This document shows positions 12,301 through 25,599 of a DNA stretch of 64,000 bases, piece after piece. The notes under the pieces were generated by a model, which saw only the letters and a list, made by a program, of their open reading frames with translations, had not been told where the DNA came from and did no database searches. The position numbers and the translations under genes are program-made. Origin of the DNA: Utricularia gibba (lineage: Eukaryota; Plantae; Magnoliophyta). The stretch is from assembly GCA_002189035.1 (NCBI GenBank), contig CM007989.1, positions 4,278,001 through 4,342,000 of the forward strand, in the 5' to 3' direction. How positions within the stretch are numbered: position 1 is the stretch's first letter; each line of letters starts with the position of its first letter.

Positions 12301-15144
12301 TAAGGAAGTAGCGAAATCATGTGAATCTACTTGCTATTTTGAACAAATGGACACATGAAGGTTGTCTTATCTTGGTTCTGCCCTGAAATAGGAACTTAAT
12401 TATATCCAGAATATCCATCAAAAAAACAATAAAATGATTTTTCAGCCAATTTTTCCAACATCTGATCAATAAAAGGTAAAGGATAATGGTCTTTTTTTGT
12501 CACTTCATTTAGTTTTTGATAATCAATGCAAACGCACCATCCATTCTACACCCTTTGTGGAACAAGCTCGCCTTTCTCATTTTTCACCACAGTCATCCTA
12601 GTCTTCTTTTGCACAATGTGAATGGGGCTCACCCATTCATTATCTGTGATAGAGTAAATAATCCTTGTATCATGAAGTTTAACAATTTCTTTTCTTACCA
12701 CCTCCATCATGTTTGGGTTGAGGCGTCTTTGAGGTTGGTGAACGGGTTTGGCTCCATCCTCTAGGAAAATTCTATGCATGCATATGGATGTGCAGATCCC
12801 TTCAATGTCATCAAGCATCCAACCTATCGCCTTCTTGTTTCTGTTCAAGACTTCGAGAAGTCGCGATTCTTGGTGTGAGCTCAGACCAATGGAGATGATG
12901 ACAGGATTCCTAAACTCCGCGTCAAGAAAAACATATTTTAAATGATTAGGCAATGGTTTCAATTCAGCTAACCTCTCTTCCCGAGTCTTGGCTTGCACCA
13001 TATTTAATTGCTCAAATTTTTCCTCAGCTTCAAATTTTGAAAATAAAGATTCTTCATGAGCCTCTTCTTTTTCTTGAATTTCTTTCTTCAAATACTCCTC
13101 AATTAGTCCATCCATGACATCCACAGCACAAATGCTCTTAAAATCACTGCATCCTTCATGTCGAGAAAGCTCAATGGTCCCCATCTTCGTTGATGATAGC
13201 ATTTGAAGTGCTCAAGAATGGTCTCCCTAAAATTATTGTCATGTCCTTTGATCCTCCAGTGAGCATGTTCACCATATAAAAATCAACTGGGAATACTAGA
13301 TGGTCAATATTCACCAAAACATCCTCAACCAAGCCTTTGGGAGAAATCACTCTCCTATTCACTAGCTCAATTAGTACACCCGATGCCTGCAAAGGTTTCA
13401 ACCTAAGTGCTTCATAAACAGAATTTGGCATGACATTTATAGAAGCTCCCAGGTCTGCCATAGCTCTGCTGCTGCACAAATCTCCTATTTTGCATGGGAT
13501 AAAAAACATACCTAGATCCTTATGCTTTTCGGGTAATTTCCATGTTAAAAGTGTTGAACAGCTTTCACTCAACTTCACCTTGCCCTTCTCATTCAGCTTG
13601 GGTTTAGACATACACAGCTACTTCAAATATTTGACACTCTTTGGCACAAGATCGATATACTCTAAGAGAGTTAAATTCAATTGAGTGTTCCTCAATGTTT
13701 TTAACATTTTTTCTTTCTCCGTTTGCTCGTCTTTTAGCTTCAGCCTTCGTGGAAAGGAGGTTGGGTCACCTTCACCGTGACAGGTTCTGGTAGTACTTCA
13801 ATTTCGTCTTCACTTTGCACAACAACTTCATACTCTTCTGTCTCATTCTTCTTAGTCCTAGTCTGGACTAGTTCTCGCCTAGGCTTCTCTTTTTCACTCC
13901 TCAAAGTCATAGCGCTTATGTTCGACCCTCCACTAGAATTTGGGTTTGACCTAGGTTGAGATGGCAAGGAGAATGTGCTTGCTAAGTGTTTTAGCAGATG
14001 CAGAATTCGAAACAACAGTAGCTCTTAATCTAGGCTCAAACTAACAGTGGTAAACAAGTTCAGTAAACAAGATCAGGTCTCAATGCGGAAGGTAACAAAT
14101 ACTTGTTCTAAATCAGAGTAATACTAAGATGCCTTAAGGGTCTGTAGGTGGGGTGATGCTAAAATTCATCATTTAATTTACCATGTTCCTACACTAACAA
14201 CTTCAAATAACCTAAGTCTACCTAGCTCATTCATCGCATTTTCGGCTAAGCTAGTCCCCAATATCATCACCAACATTGCAATTAGGTCTACTCGCATGCA
14301 AAGCATATAGAACTAGGTCTACCCGGTTCTACTGGTTCTACTCCGGACTAACACCTACTGCTTCCGTCTTGATTTGTTGATCTACCTCTAAATGAAGCAT
14401 CTTAAATGTGAAGCTACTTGTTTTCCTCCCTAGGTCTACCCATGGAATTATAGAAATAATGATGAATTTTATTATGAATCCTAGATCCACACCATCATGC
14501 TTTACTTAAGACATCCCTAAAGTTCTAGTTAGTCATACTTGTAAGATAAAATATGATAACATTAACATGAAACAACGAAAATATCAAGAACAGAGTCGGC
14601 TAATGTTCACAGGCCGGAATAGTAGCGTTGGACTAGGTCTTGATCTTCTTCCTTCATGTTGGAGGTTCTTCTTCAGAAAAAATCGCCCTTCTCCTCCTTC
14701 TGGTTCAGTATTCGTCATGTTGGAGTTGGAGGGGAGAACCCCTTATGTGTGCGCTGCAAACTACTGCTCGAACCCCTTTGCGATTCTCTCTCCTCCTCAT
14801 CTTTCTCTCGCCTCTCACTTCCCAAGACAAGTACAATTTCTGACAACTCTAATGCTTCTGCCCCTGACTTGCAAACTGCCGCTACGACAGTGAACTCATT
14901 GCTCCTTTCTGTATGGTGGCTTGCACGAAATCCTTCTTTCTTCCATGATCTTGGGGTTGGTGCTAGACTCAAAATCGGATTAGAACATGGGGTGGGTTAA
15001 ATCAATGGATTTAGCCCACTAACACACCAAAAATCACATTTTCCTAAGTTATATAAAATACTTAAAACTATAAAATAAACAATTCAACATAATTAAAAAC
15101 TTGTGATTTTCATATCTTAAAACCTAAAAATTTGTGTGCTATCA
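9376..15144 (-). mobile_element. Internally deleted Ty3/Gypsy (Athila-like) element C; LTRs 9376-10736 and ~13974-15144 (partial)
   Basis: TSD TGCTC (9371-9375/15145-15149) and TG...CA-like ends. Minus-strand protease (AMADLGASINVMP), RT start (KPVHQPQRRLNPNMMEVVRKE) and an env-like/ORF2 fragment (11962-12255). Confidence 0.88.
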
Positions 15145-16107
15145 TGCTCTCTTAAATTGGGATTCTCCCTTAAGCTTATGGGCAAGTCACTCACTTTGGC
15201 TCATTTGAGAGTTTTTCGGTTGCCTCTATTTTATTGGAGTCTCAGACCCTCAAGCCGACAAATTGCCACCTTGTGCGCGGAAGTGTGTCTGCCTCGGTTA
15301 TCCAATGGACCATAAGGGTTACAAATGTTATGATTTGACCTCACAGGAAGTGTTGATGAATCCCCTAATGAACCCTCGGTTCTAGTTCCTAATTAACGGC
15401 GGAGTTCACGGACTATTCAGCTGCCTCAATGGATGCAGTATTATGTCGCTCTCCAACTTCATATCCCTGATGCAGTCATCCCTGAGCTGATTTTCTTATT
15501 CGGTGAGCCTCCCACTTATGAACATGCTAAGGGGATCTCTGTTTGGGAAACTTCCATGTCTCAAGAATTGCAGGCCCTCTTGCAAAGTTGCACCTGGACA
15601 CTTGTGCATCTACCTCTTGGTAAACGGCCTATAGGCTGCCAATGGATCTTCAAAGTTTAGCGGAATGCGGATGATTCTGTTGCATGACATAAAGCATGCT
15701 TTGTAGCCAAGGGATACACACAGGTGGAGGGAGTGGACTTCACGGATCGATTTGCACCAGTGACGAAGGTCACTACGGTGCGCATTTTGTTGACCGTTTG
15801 CGCACATCACAATTGTTATGTTCACCAGGTAGATGTCAACAATGCATTTTTGTCACAAATGGATTGGTCTGTAAACTACATCATTCCCTCTACAGCCTAA
15901 AGCAGGAATCTTTATAGTGGAATCTGGAGTTGACTCGATTTCTGCAAACTCTTGGGTTTGCTCAATCCCTGTTCAACCCGTGTCTATTTGTCAAGGCCTC
16001 CTCCGACCACTTCTTGGCCTTATTAGGACATTTTGGTGGTTGGACCCAATCTTGGTCTTATTACACTATTGAAGCATCAATCACACCTTCAATTCACTAT
16101 TAAGGAC

Positions 16108-17456
16108 TGTTAAGTGTCATTTTCTTATTATTTCTTAGGTTGTTTTTATGTTTAAATGTGATTCGAAGTGTCTAATTAGGAGTCTATAATGTGAGATTTG
16201 GGTTTTTATCTAGTTTAGGGTAATTATCCTAAATCTTGTATTTTATCTATTAATTTTACTAGTTTTAATTGAGATTTTTCTAGAGGCGCACACGTGGCAG
16301 GAAGTGAGAGAAAGAGGGCATCAGATGGCGATAAATTGGATCTTCCTGAGCTGACATTCCCTTGATTTCCGGAAGACTGCAGATGCCTAATCATGAGCCT
16401 TGACGTGCGGAACACGAAAGTCTCTGGCAGGCGGCATCATTAGCGTACCAGTGTCAGACAGTGCTTGCAAGTCATCCCAAGTTCAACAGAATCATAGGGA
16501 CACGAAAGCTCAGACTCTCAATGAAGTTCAGTTTTGTTCAGACAAGTTTAGTTTTTTTTTCAGTTTAGTTTTCCCTTTTGTTTCTCTCTCTAGAGGAATT
16601 TTCCTCTAGCTTCTCTCTAGAACCTTGTTTGCGTTTCCTTTAGTTTGTATGACCGTTCGTGGCTAGAAGCTTCCGTTTCTGGGTTGGAACACCCCCAGAT
16701 CTATGTATCGTTAGCTTATCTTCACATTTTGTCTGAATCCGAACGGGTTTCGTATGTCTTCGCGCGACTATGTTGCAGTCTTTCTGTAACAGTCCCCTTG
16801 TTCAAGGTTCATGGTTAGCTGATCACTACCCACGGATTTTGGAGAGGAGCAAGGTGGAAAACACCAACTCGAGCCCTTTTGGCAGGAAGAAGACAACGTT
16901 TTGTCTGTAGCCATACTTCAGGATTAATGGACAGGTAGTGACCTCGTATATGAACTCATTGGGTCATTGGCAACACTCGGGCACACGCGCGCAATTCGGC
17001 CGTGAGGGTACGCTGGCAGGACCTCTTATTCTCACGTTCGTCCAAGGAGGAGCAACATCGGGCTATTCCTGTGCCTTCTTGCAAGAGAGTGTAAGGGAGG
17101 GTAGGCTATTCCTTACTCATATAACTGAGTACTCGAGAGGACCAGAGAAGAGTGAAGACGCAACGAACATAGCTGGACAGGATTCCAAACCCAGGAACAT
17201 TTACTTTATTTAAGGTTCATCGCTTACGCTTATTTCAGTTCTCTCTTCAAAACCCTCTAATTCCCTTACTCAAGCTTCATCACCAACGTTTCTCACACCT
17301 TTTACCTTCAAAACCGTTTACAAATCGTGACAGTTGTATTCGGGGTGCCTCACCTTTCACTCAAAAACAACTCCCTATGTTTGACACCCGTACTACGCTT
17401 TTGTGTTTTACGAGTTTTAAAGGTATTAAAATTTGTTGTGGAAACGACACGCATCA
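16108..17456 (+). mobile_element. Solo LTR, family D (Gypsy-type), in the RT of element A
   Basis: TGTTAAG...GCATCA ends with TSD AGGAC (16103-16107/17457-17461). The RT frame TIKD|LGPAHFFLG resumes after it. Confidence 0.9.
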
Positions 17457-18068
17457 AGGACCTCGGACCTGCACATTTTTTCCTTGGTGTTGTACTTATG
17501 TGCACTGATACAGGGTTGCATCCTTCTCAACAAAAGTACACACTGGACATTATACAAGGTGCTAAGTTGAGTGATTTGTAGGAGTACGAGGTCCTTGCAC
17601 TCTTGCCTTGTAACTTTAAATTTGCTGATGATAGTCTTCCCCTTCCTAGTCCTGAAGCTTATCGTGCCCTGATTGAGCAGTTACTATATCTCAGTTTTAC
17701 ATGCCCTGACATTGCCTTTCCGATTCAACAGCTTTCACAGTTCTTGCAACATCCCACTGAGGAACACATGTGCACTACCAAGTGTATTCTCGGCTATCTA
17801 TCATGTACCGCCTCTCATGGCCTTTTTTATCCTCTGAATGGGAATCTCACCCTCTCTGGATATTGTGATGCTGACTAGGGAGCATGCAATCTCACTCACA
17901 AGTCCGTCACTGGGTATTGCATGTTTCTGAGGGATCGACTGATTTCTTGAAAGACCAAGAAACAAGCCATGGCTTCTAAATCCTCCACAAAGGCAAAGTA
18001 TCAGAGCCTAGCTTCTGCCACCATTGAATTATTATGGATTTCCTATATATTGAAGGATCTGCAACAAC

Positions 18069-19010
18069 TAGTGGTTTAAAAGACAGACCATGTCGCACGG
18101 TCTGATCGGAAAAAATGGGAACCGGTGTCTGGATCGGTTCTGTTTCAATAATAGCTAGCAAATTAGGGCTTTTGTGACCATGTGGCAAAAAAGAAGTGGG
18201 ATTCTCTATTTCTACTCCTCTTTCTTTGGATTTGTGTAATCTTTGGTCCAATTCTTTTTTTGTGGTTTTCAACGAACAATCACAATGAATATTGATGCTT
18301 CTACAACTAGTATGAATTTTTTGGGTACTTCTTTTCGAATTTTTGTTTAAATGGTTGAACTTGAACCTTGTTAAGCTTTTGTTTATTTTAAGTAAATTAA
18401 TGTAAATACATTTCAGTTGTAGTTCCAATCTTGCGTTATTCCACTTTACATTAGCAATTTAGCATTAAATTTAGATTGCATCTGATTACTCTATGCGGTA
18501 TTTTTATTGATGATGGTTTAGTTATTTTTTTTTATTATTATTGTTGCAGAATGATTTTTTTGTTTGTGTATTTATGTTGGATGATTTTACTTAAGATTAT
18601 TGAATATGCTATAAGTTTATGTTTGGTGAAAAATTTTTGGACAAGTGAAGTAGTAGTGAGAAAGGTAAAACTTGAAATCGATAAGTTTTTATATGATTCA
18701 TGCATACCATTGAGTGTGGTCAAATTACGTTGTTTTCATACTATAATTGAAGATGCAATTAAACTAGGTCATGATTTCACAATGCCAAGTTATTATGAGG
18801 TATGGATTCCTTTTCTTAGAGATGCTAAGAGACAAATTGGATTAAGGATAGATAGTATTAAAACTTTGTGGGCAGAAACTAGTTGCACAATAATGGTAGA
18901 TGGATGTACTGATATGTCTCATAGAACTTTGATTAGCATTTTGATTTATTGTCGTCGTGGAACTGTCTTTTATCGCTCAATTGATGCTTTTAGCATTTCT
19001 AAGACTGCCT
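18069..19010 (+). mobile_element. hAT transposase fragment (DUF659-like) inside the RNaseH of element A
   Basis: Translation [43 protein letters not shown]. The left end TAGTGGTTTAAAAGAC...CCGG-rich resembles a hAT terminus; the right end and TSD were not found. Confidence 0.65.
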
Positions 19011-21063
19011 GCAAGTTGTTTTTCTTATTCGTGGGCAGAAACTGGTTGCTGCCAGCAACCCCTCACCACTCTGATCCCACTATTCTGTGACATCAAGTCA
19101 GCTATCTATCTCATCTCTAATCTTGTGTTTCACAAGCGCACGAAGCATATCGAAATAGACTGCCACCTCGTCCATGACCAGTACAAGAAGGGGTTCGTCA
19201 TGCCTTGCCCTATCTCTTCCTCCCAGCAATTGGCAGATGTCTTCACCAAATCTCTTAACATTATTCCTTTCCGAACCATCATGGAGAAGCTCAATTTGAG
19301 TCCTGCCCCTGTTTTGTCGCACCAGCCCAGCTCTTCAGACTTGGAACCAGACATGCAGCCGACAGTCCTCTGAGACTTGGGAGGGGTGGTAGGATGTTAA
19401 GAAAGCAGACTTGTATGCAGGTGCGTGCTTGATGTACTTGACGGTTATCACTGTCAAATACAGGTATAAGCTCAGCTATATTATCTGGACCGATGTATCT
19501 TTTTTGCTTTCAACGGAATCAATTACGATTTTAGTTCTCCTTTGTTTTCCCTTCTCGATTAGATTGTCGGTGCACTTTCGTATAGTGTGAAGAAGGAATT
19601 GATCCTAGCTCCACCCAAAATGATGAAGAAATGTGCAGAATTGAAGAATTGAGGAAGAAGGTGCGAGAGTCCGTGAAGCCGCTTAAGAAGAAGAAAGATG
19701 ATGGAGTTAAACCTCAACGTGTAGTGTTGGGTGTCTGTCAATACAAGTCTTTCTGGTGTGCGGCTAGCATCTATAGAGGCCCATTGGAGGAATAGCTCGA
19801 TGACAAACAAGTGTAGGTAACGTGAGGAAACAAGTCCTGAGAGATAAATTGCGTCTCTCCTCAATAATGAAGCAATTGAATTTCCCAACGGTAACTCCTC
19901 CAACAATCATAAGTTGAGTCTATAAATATTAGCATTCAACATACCTGTATGCAAGTTGAGAGACATAAAAGTTCTCATATTTTTTACAACCAGTCCTTAC
20001 ACTCACAAAAGATCTTCTTCCTCCCACTTACACTCGAAATGTATTTTCCAACATGGTGAATCCGATGTGAATCCAAAAAACCCCTATGCAACAAGTCTGA
20101 AACACTCACTCTGATCTACATTGCTTGGTTCTGACTTCATCTCTTACGTCCGCCTTGCAATCACCACTTTCGCTGACATGAGTGCATCAGAAGTTCCACT
20201 CGTGTTCGATGATCAAAACTACAGAGCGTGGGCCAAGCTCATGGAGGACTTCTTAGACCTCCATGATCTATGGTGTCTTCCAAGGAACCTACTACAACGA
20301 GCCAGAATCTGGTGAGTCCAAGAAATTGATCAACAGGGCCATGGTGATGCTAGGCAGAGCTGTTAGTGCTGAAATACACAAAAGAATATTCTTAAGCTCT
20401 GGACCCAGAGAAGCATGGAAAAAACACAAAGAAATCTATGGGAAGGACAAAAAATAAAGATCTCTAGGCTCTAGTGTTACTTCAAAAATCTCTCCTCTTC
20501 ATCAGGTATGTCTATCTCGCAATTTTAAGAACTAACCAACACTGTCTTGTAGCTGTAGCTCATGGGGGAAAAGATAGAAGATGACGGATCAAACGGAAAC
20601 TCATTAGTGAGGTACCTCTGCATATGCGGAGGTCATCTTCAACCTTCAAGCCAACAGAACATTGCACTCCATGTCCTTTGCAGAACTTCTAGACAGCCTG
20701 CAAAAAGAAGAGATAGAAAATCCAAATCCACTTGGACAACTAGTATCGCAAGATTTGGCATTTCAAGCCTCAGGGAATATGACCACTATGGGAACCGAGA
20801 GTGGATCAGTGACAACCAAGTCCGATCTAGCGGAATCCATATTTCAACAAAGCAGGCTAGAGAAATAGGGATCACTACCACACTGCACCTAATGTAAACA
20901 AAAGAATCACATCCCTTCGAAATGGTGCTGGCATTTAGAGGCCCTGTGTGGATATTGCAAGCTCATTGGGCATCTTCACAAAGTGTGTCCCTTGAGAAAA
21001 TATCACCAACTAGGAAGGAAATGAATTGAAGGGATTGAAAATGTAGTGCTCATGATCAACAAT

Positions 21064-22373
21064 TGATGCGTGTCGTTTCCACAACAAATTTTAATACTTT
21101 TAAAACTCGTAAAACACAAAAGTGTAGTACGGGTGTCGAACACAGGGAGTTTTTTTTGAGTGAAATGTGAGGTACCCCGAATACAACTGTCACGATTTGT
21201 AAACGGCTTTGAAAGTAAAAGGTGAGAGAAACGTTGATGATGAAACTTGAGTAAGGGAATAAGAGGGGTTTTGAACAGAAAACAGAAATAAACGTAAGCG
21301 ATGAACCTTAAATAAAGTAAATGTTCCTGGGTTTGAAATCCTGTCCAGCTATGTTCGTTGCATCTTCACTCTTCTCTAGTCCTCTCGAGTACTCGGTTAT
21401 ATGAGTAAGGAATTGCCTACCCTCCCGTACACTCTCTTGCAAGAAGGCACGGGAATAGCCCGATATTGCTCCTCCTTGGACGAACGTGAGAATAAGAGGT
21501 CTTGCCAGTGTACTCTCGCGGCTGAATTGCGCGTGTGTGCCTGAGTGTTGCCAATGATCCAATGAGTCCAAATACGAGGTCACTACCTGTCCATTGATCC
21601 TGAGGTACGACCACAGACAAAACGTTGTCTTCCTCCTGCCAAAAGGGCTCGAGTTGGTGCTTTCCAACTTGCTCCTCTCCAAAATCCACGGATAGTGATC
21701 AGCTAATCATGAACCTTGAATAAGGGGACTGTTACAGAAAGACTACAACATAGTCGCGCGAAGACATACGAAACTCGTTCGGATTCAGAGAAGAGATGAA
21801 GATAAGCTAACGAAACATAGATCTGGGGGTGTTCCAACCCAGAAATGGAGGTTTCTAACCACGAACGGTCATACAAACTAAAGGAAACGCAAACAAGGTT
21901 CTAGAGAGAAGCTAGAGGAAAAATCCTCTAGAGAGAGAAAAACAAAAGGGATAACTAAATTTAACTAATACCTAAGGTCTAAATAGAATGGAACTTCAAT
22001 GAGAGTCTGAGAATTCGTGTTCCTGTGATTCTGCTGAACTTGGGATGACTTGCATGACATTAGTACGCTAATGATGTTGCCTGTCAGAGACTCCCGTATT
22101 CTTTACGTCAAGGCTCATGATTAGGTGTCAGCTCGGGAAGATCCAATTTGTCGCCATCTGATGCCCTCTTTCTCTCACTTCCTAACACGTGTGTACCTCT
22201 AGAAAAACTCAATTAAAACTAGTAAAATTAATAGATAAAATACAAGATTTAATATAATTACCCTAAACTAGATAAAAACCTAAATCTCATATTATAGACT
22301 CCTAATTACACACTTCTAATCACATTTAAACATAAAAACAACCTAAGAAATAATAAGAAAATGACACTTAACA
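21064..22373 (-). mobile_element. Solo LTR, family D, inverted relative to 16108-17456, in element B
   Basis: Reverse-complement match to 16108-17456 along its length; TSD ACAAT (21059-21063/22374-22378). Confidence 0.9.
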
Positions 22374-25300
22374 ACAATGTAAAAGCCTCTGAGGACTGAA
22401 ACAAGCAGAATATCAAACTTTATTCTATGTGTCGCAACACACTGCTTACCTCATTCACCGATCTGAGGAAGAGTGGCATCTGACTAATTGATAGTGGCTG
22501 TAGTCACCACTTGTCAAAAGACAGGAACACGTTCACCTCCTTTGTGGACATCTATGACAAAACAATAGAAGTAGTGAATGGACAACATATCTTTGTAAAA
22601 GGATGAGGAAACTTCTGTTTGGAGACAACCCAAAAAATCATCAAAATAGCAGATGTGTATTATGTTCCAGAAGTATCACATAATCTCATCAGTACAAGGC
22701 AACTGATCGAGAAGGGACTTAAGGTGATACCACTTTGTTTTTGGGGAGAGGCCGTAAACACGGTAGTTTACCTACTCAATCGCTTGCCATCTAAAGGTGC
22801 CAAGGACGGATGATCACCTTATGAAATTTGGAACAACAAGGTGCCTGACATGACTCACATCAAAGTCTCCACTCCCTGTGATATATCCACATTCCAAAAG
22901 AAAAAAGGATCAAACTAGACATGAAATTTGACCTAGGAATTCTGTTGAGATATGGGGACACCAGCAAAGCTTATCGAGTCTTAAACCTGAAAATGAATAG
23001 AGTAGAGCTGACCCAAGGTGTAATTTTAGATGAAAGCAAAAACTATGATTGGAAAAAATCAGCTCTTGTCTCAACGGACTCTAACTACTATTCTGATCTC
23101 TCGGCTCTATTTCCTAACATTGAGGAGGAAAACCAATCAATATCCTCCAGGCAACACCATATAGTTGACTCCTCTGATTCCACTCAAACTCGCATCCTTG
23201 AGCTGTCACCTTTGAGATTAGAAAGTGGAAGAGACTCCGAGAGTATTCAAGATGATTGTCTCTCTCAGAGCCTGAAAGCAACAGAGTGCATGAACCTAAT
23301 GAAGAAGAATATTTATAGTACCTCACTAATGAATCCAATGAAGACGATCTCTCTTATCAAAATGACAACTCTGGTTTCGTCCCAAGACTACTGCAAGAAA
23401 TTTCAAACTCTAAGACACATGATCATGAAAGAGACGAAGAAAAAAAATCTCTATGCCCGATATGTTCCCCATTTCACTAAAATGAGCCCTGAAGATAATG
23501 AAGACTATCATGAGAACAGTGATCCACCTCTCCTACCCAAATACAGAAATATTGGAGATATCCTTGACAAGTGTCTTCTGATCTACAAACCTATCAGTAA
23601 TCAAGAAGCATTAAAAGATCCAGAGTGGAGCAAATCAATGTATGAGGAACTAACCTCTATTGAGAAGCATGATGTATGGGAAGTAATCAATAAACTTGCA
23701 AATGCCAAAGTCCTTGGTCTCAAATGGATTTGAAAACCGAATCTGAACTTGGACTACACCATAAATAAGCTGAAATCGAGATTAGTAGCTCTAGAGTACC
23801 TTCAAAGGGCAGGGGTGGACTATGTCGAGACCTTTGCTCCAGTAGCTCGACTTGATACTATAAAACTGGTGTTTGCAATGGCAGCAAGTTTTCGCTGGAA
23901 GTTGTATCACTTGGTCATTAAATGTGCCTTCCTCAATGGAGAACGCCACGAAGACATTTATGTCTATCTGCCACCTAGTTTCAAAATCAAAGTAGGCAAA
24001 AACAAAGTGATGAAACTGAAAAAGGCCTTGTACGATTTAAAGCAAGCACCCAAGGAATGGTATGGGACTATAGATGCTTACTTTATTGAACTAGACTTCA
24101 TGAAAAGCAAGAGCGACACTACATTGTATATCCTAGAGAATTCCAGAGGCAAAGTTATAACTCTGTATGTCGATGATATTCTCATTATGGGAAGCAATAC
24201 TGAGCAGATTGAAAAGCAAAAGGAGCTTCTGAAGACATATTTCTAAATCAGAAGAAATACACAGAAGACATCATATCCAGATTAGGGCAATAAAATGCAA
24301 GAGACTGTTTCGTACCTTTTCCTCCAGAAATGAAACATAAGATGAAGCAACTGGATAATGAGTGGTATATGCAAAAACCACACACCATGCACATGGATAT
24401 TGCCAAGAAAATAATCCATTATCTGAAGTCTATGCTAAACTTTGGCTTATATTTTAAAAAGGTAACTGAAGCTAACCGGCAAAGGTTTGTAGACTCAGAC
24501 TTTGCAGGGGATGATTTTACATCGCTAAGCCTATTGTGCTGAAAATAGATAATAAATTGGTGATCAGCATAGCTCAAAACCCAATGATATTTGGAAGGAC
24601 AAAACATGTCAAAATCAAGTACCATGTTCTCAGGGATTATATCAAAGAAGGATCATTCAGGCTGGACTACATACTTTCAGAAGAACAGGCTGCAGACATC
24701 CTTACGAAATGTGTATTTCCAAAATACTTCAACAAAATCAACATCATGCTAGGGTTGAGGTCGAATTCACTGGATGCTAAGCTAGAATCCAAATTCCTTC
24801 ATCAAGGATGAATGTTGGTGTGTGAAGAAGTCATCGATCCTAGCTCCACCCAAAACGAGGAAGCTGTGTGTAGAATTGAAGATTTGAGGAAGAAGGCATG
24901 AGAGGGCCAATTTAGTTAAATACCAATGTCAGAAAAAGTTTTTGTTAAAATACATGTTGTTTTAACATTATTATAATTTTAATAACCTTGATTAATTAGA
25001 TACTACGAAAGAAAAAATAAACATGTACTATTTTGTTAAAATAAAATTACATCATGTCACTCCAATAATGTAGGAGTTGGATAGCTTTATTAATATGACC
25101 GTGTAATATCCAAAAAATTATCAAAATACCTTCTATTTGTTTAAAATTATTAAAATTATTAATATGACCGTGTAATAAAATTAGCTTTTTATTATATTAA
25201 ATATGATATACAAAAAGTAATATTGTTTAACCAATATATATATATATATATATAAGAAAATTATTTGACCAATGTTTAATTATAATTTTTATTTAAATCA

Positions 25301-25599
25301 ATTAACACAATTTAAATAATTAAAACACCAGTAATTTGTTTTTGTATATTTAATTCATAAGAATTTACAATTATACATTTATATGTGTTTTTTTCTATAT
25401 TAATGAACATCTATGTAAAAAAAAACTAATGGTAAATTGTAAAATTCAAAAATAATTTCAAAAATCCATGAAACAAATATTCTGAATAATAGAGAACAAA
25501 TAACAAATTATTTGTTATTAACTAAAAGATTGATGCAACATGAAAACATAAATCTGAAAATGCAATTATTTATTTAAATGAACACACTTTACTTTGAAA

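Larger units (their letters stand above)
6158..19584 (+). mobile_element. Degenerate Ty1/Copia element A (LTRs 6158-6346 and 19395-19584), nested in the 5' LTR of element B
   Basis: ~190-bp LTR pair (~19% divergent by hand count) with 5-bp TSD GTGTG (6153-6157/19585-19589). PBS-like TGGTGCGGTGAGC at 6347 and PPT GGGAGGGGTGGTAGGA before the 3' LTR. Gag (GSKNKLGFIDG), integrase (QQNGRVERKH), RT and RNaseH ([11 protein letters not shown]) remnants. Confidence 0.9.
6146..24907 (+). mobile_element. Degenerate Ty1/Copia element B (5' LTR split: 6146-6157 + 19590-20053; gag-pol ~20180-24810; 3' LTR from 24813, truncated ~24907)
   Basis: LTR start TGTTGGTGTGTGAAGAAG is seen intact at 24813 and split by element A at 6146/19585. 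Gag reads MSASEVPLVFDDQNYRAW, followed by a CCHC finger, protease (WLIDSGCS-like), RT (TLYVDDIL) and RNaseH (GRTKHVKIKYH), with many stops. Confidence 0.85.

Noticed and set aside
10221-14972. Similar ORFs at 10221-10586, 14715-14972 and 36787-37014 suggesting a small gene family
   Set aside because: All lie inside family C LTRs; the similarity is nucleotide-level LTR homology with frameshifts.
24908-24970. Possible MULE terminal inverted repeat at the point where element B's 3' LTR is cut
   Set aside because: No matching inverted copy or 9-bp TSD found near 30-31 kb.
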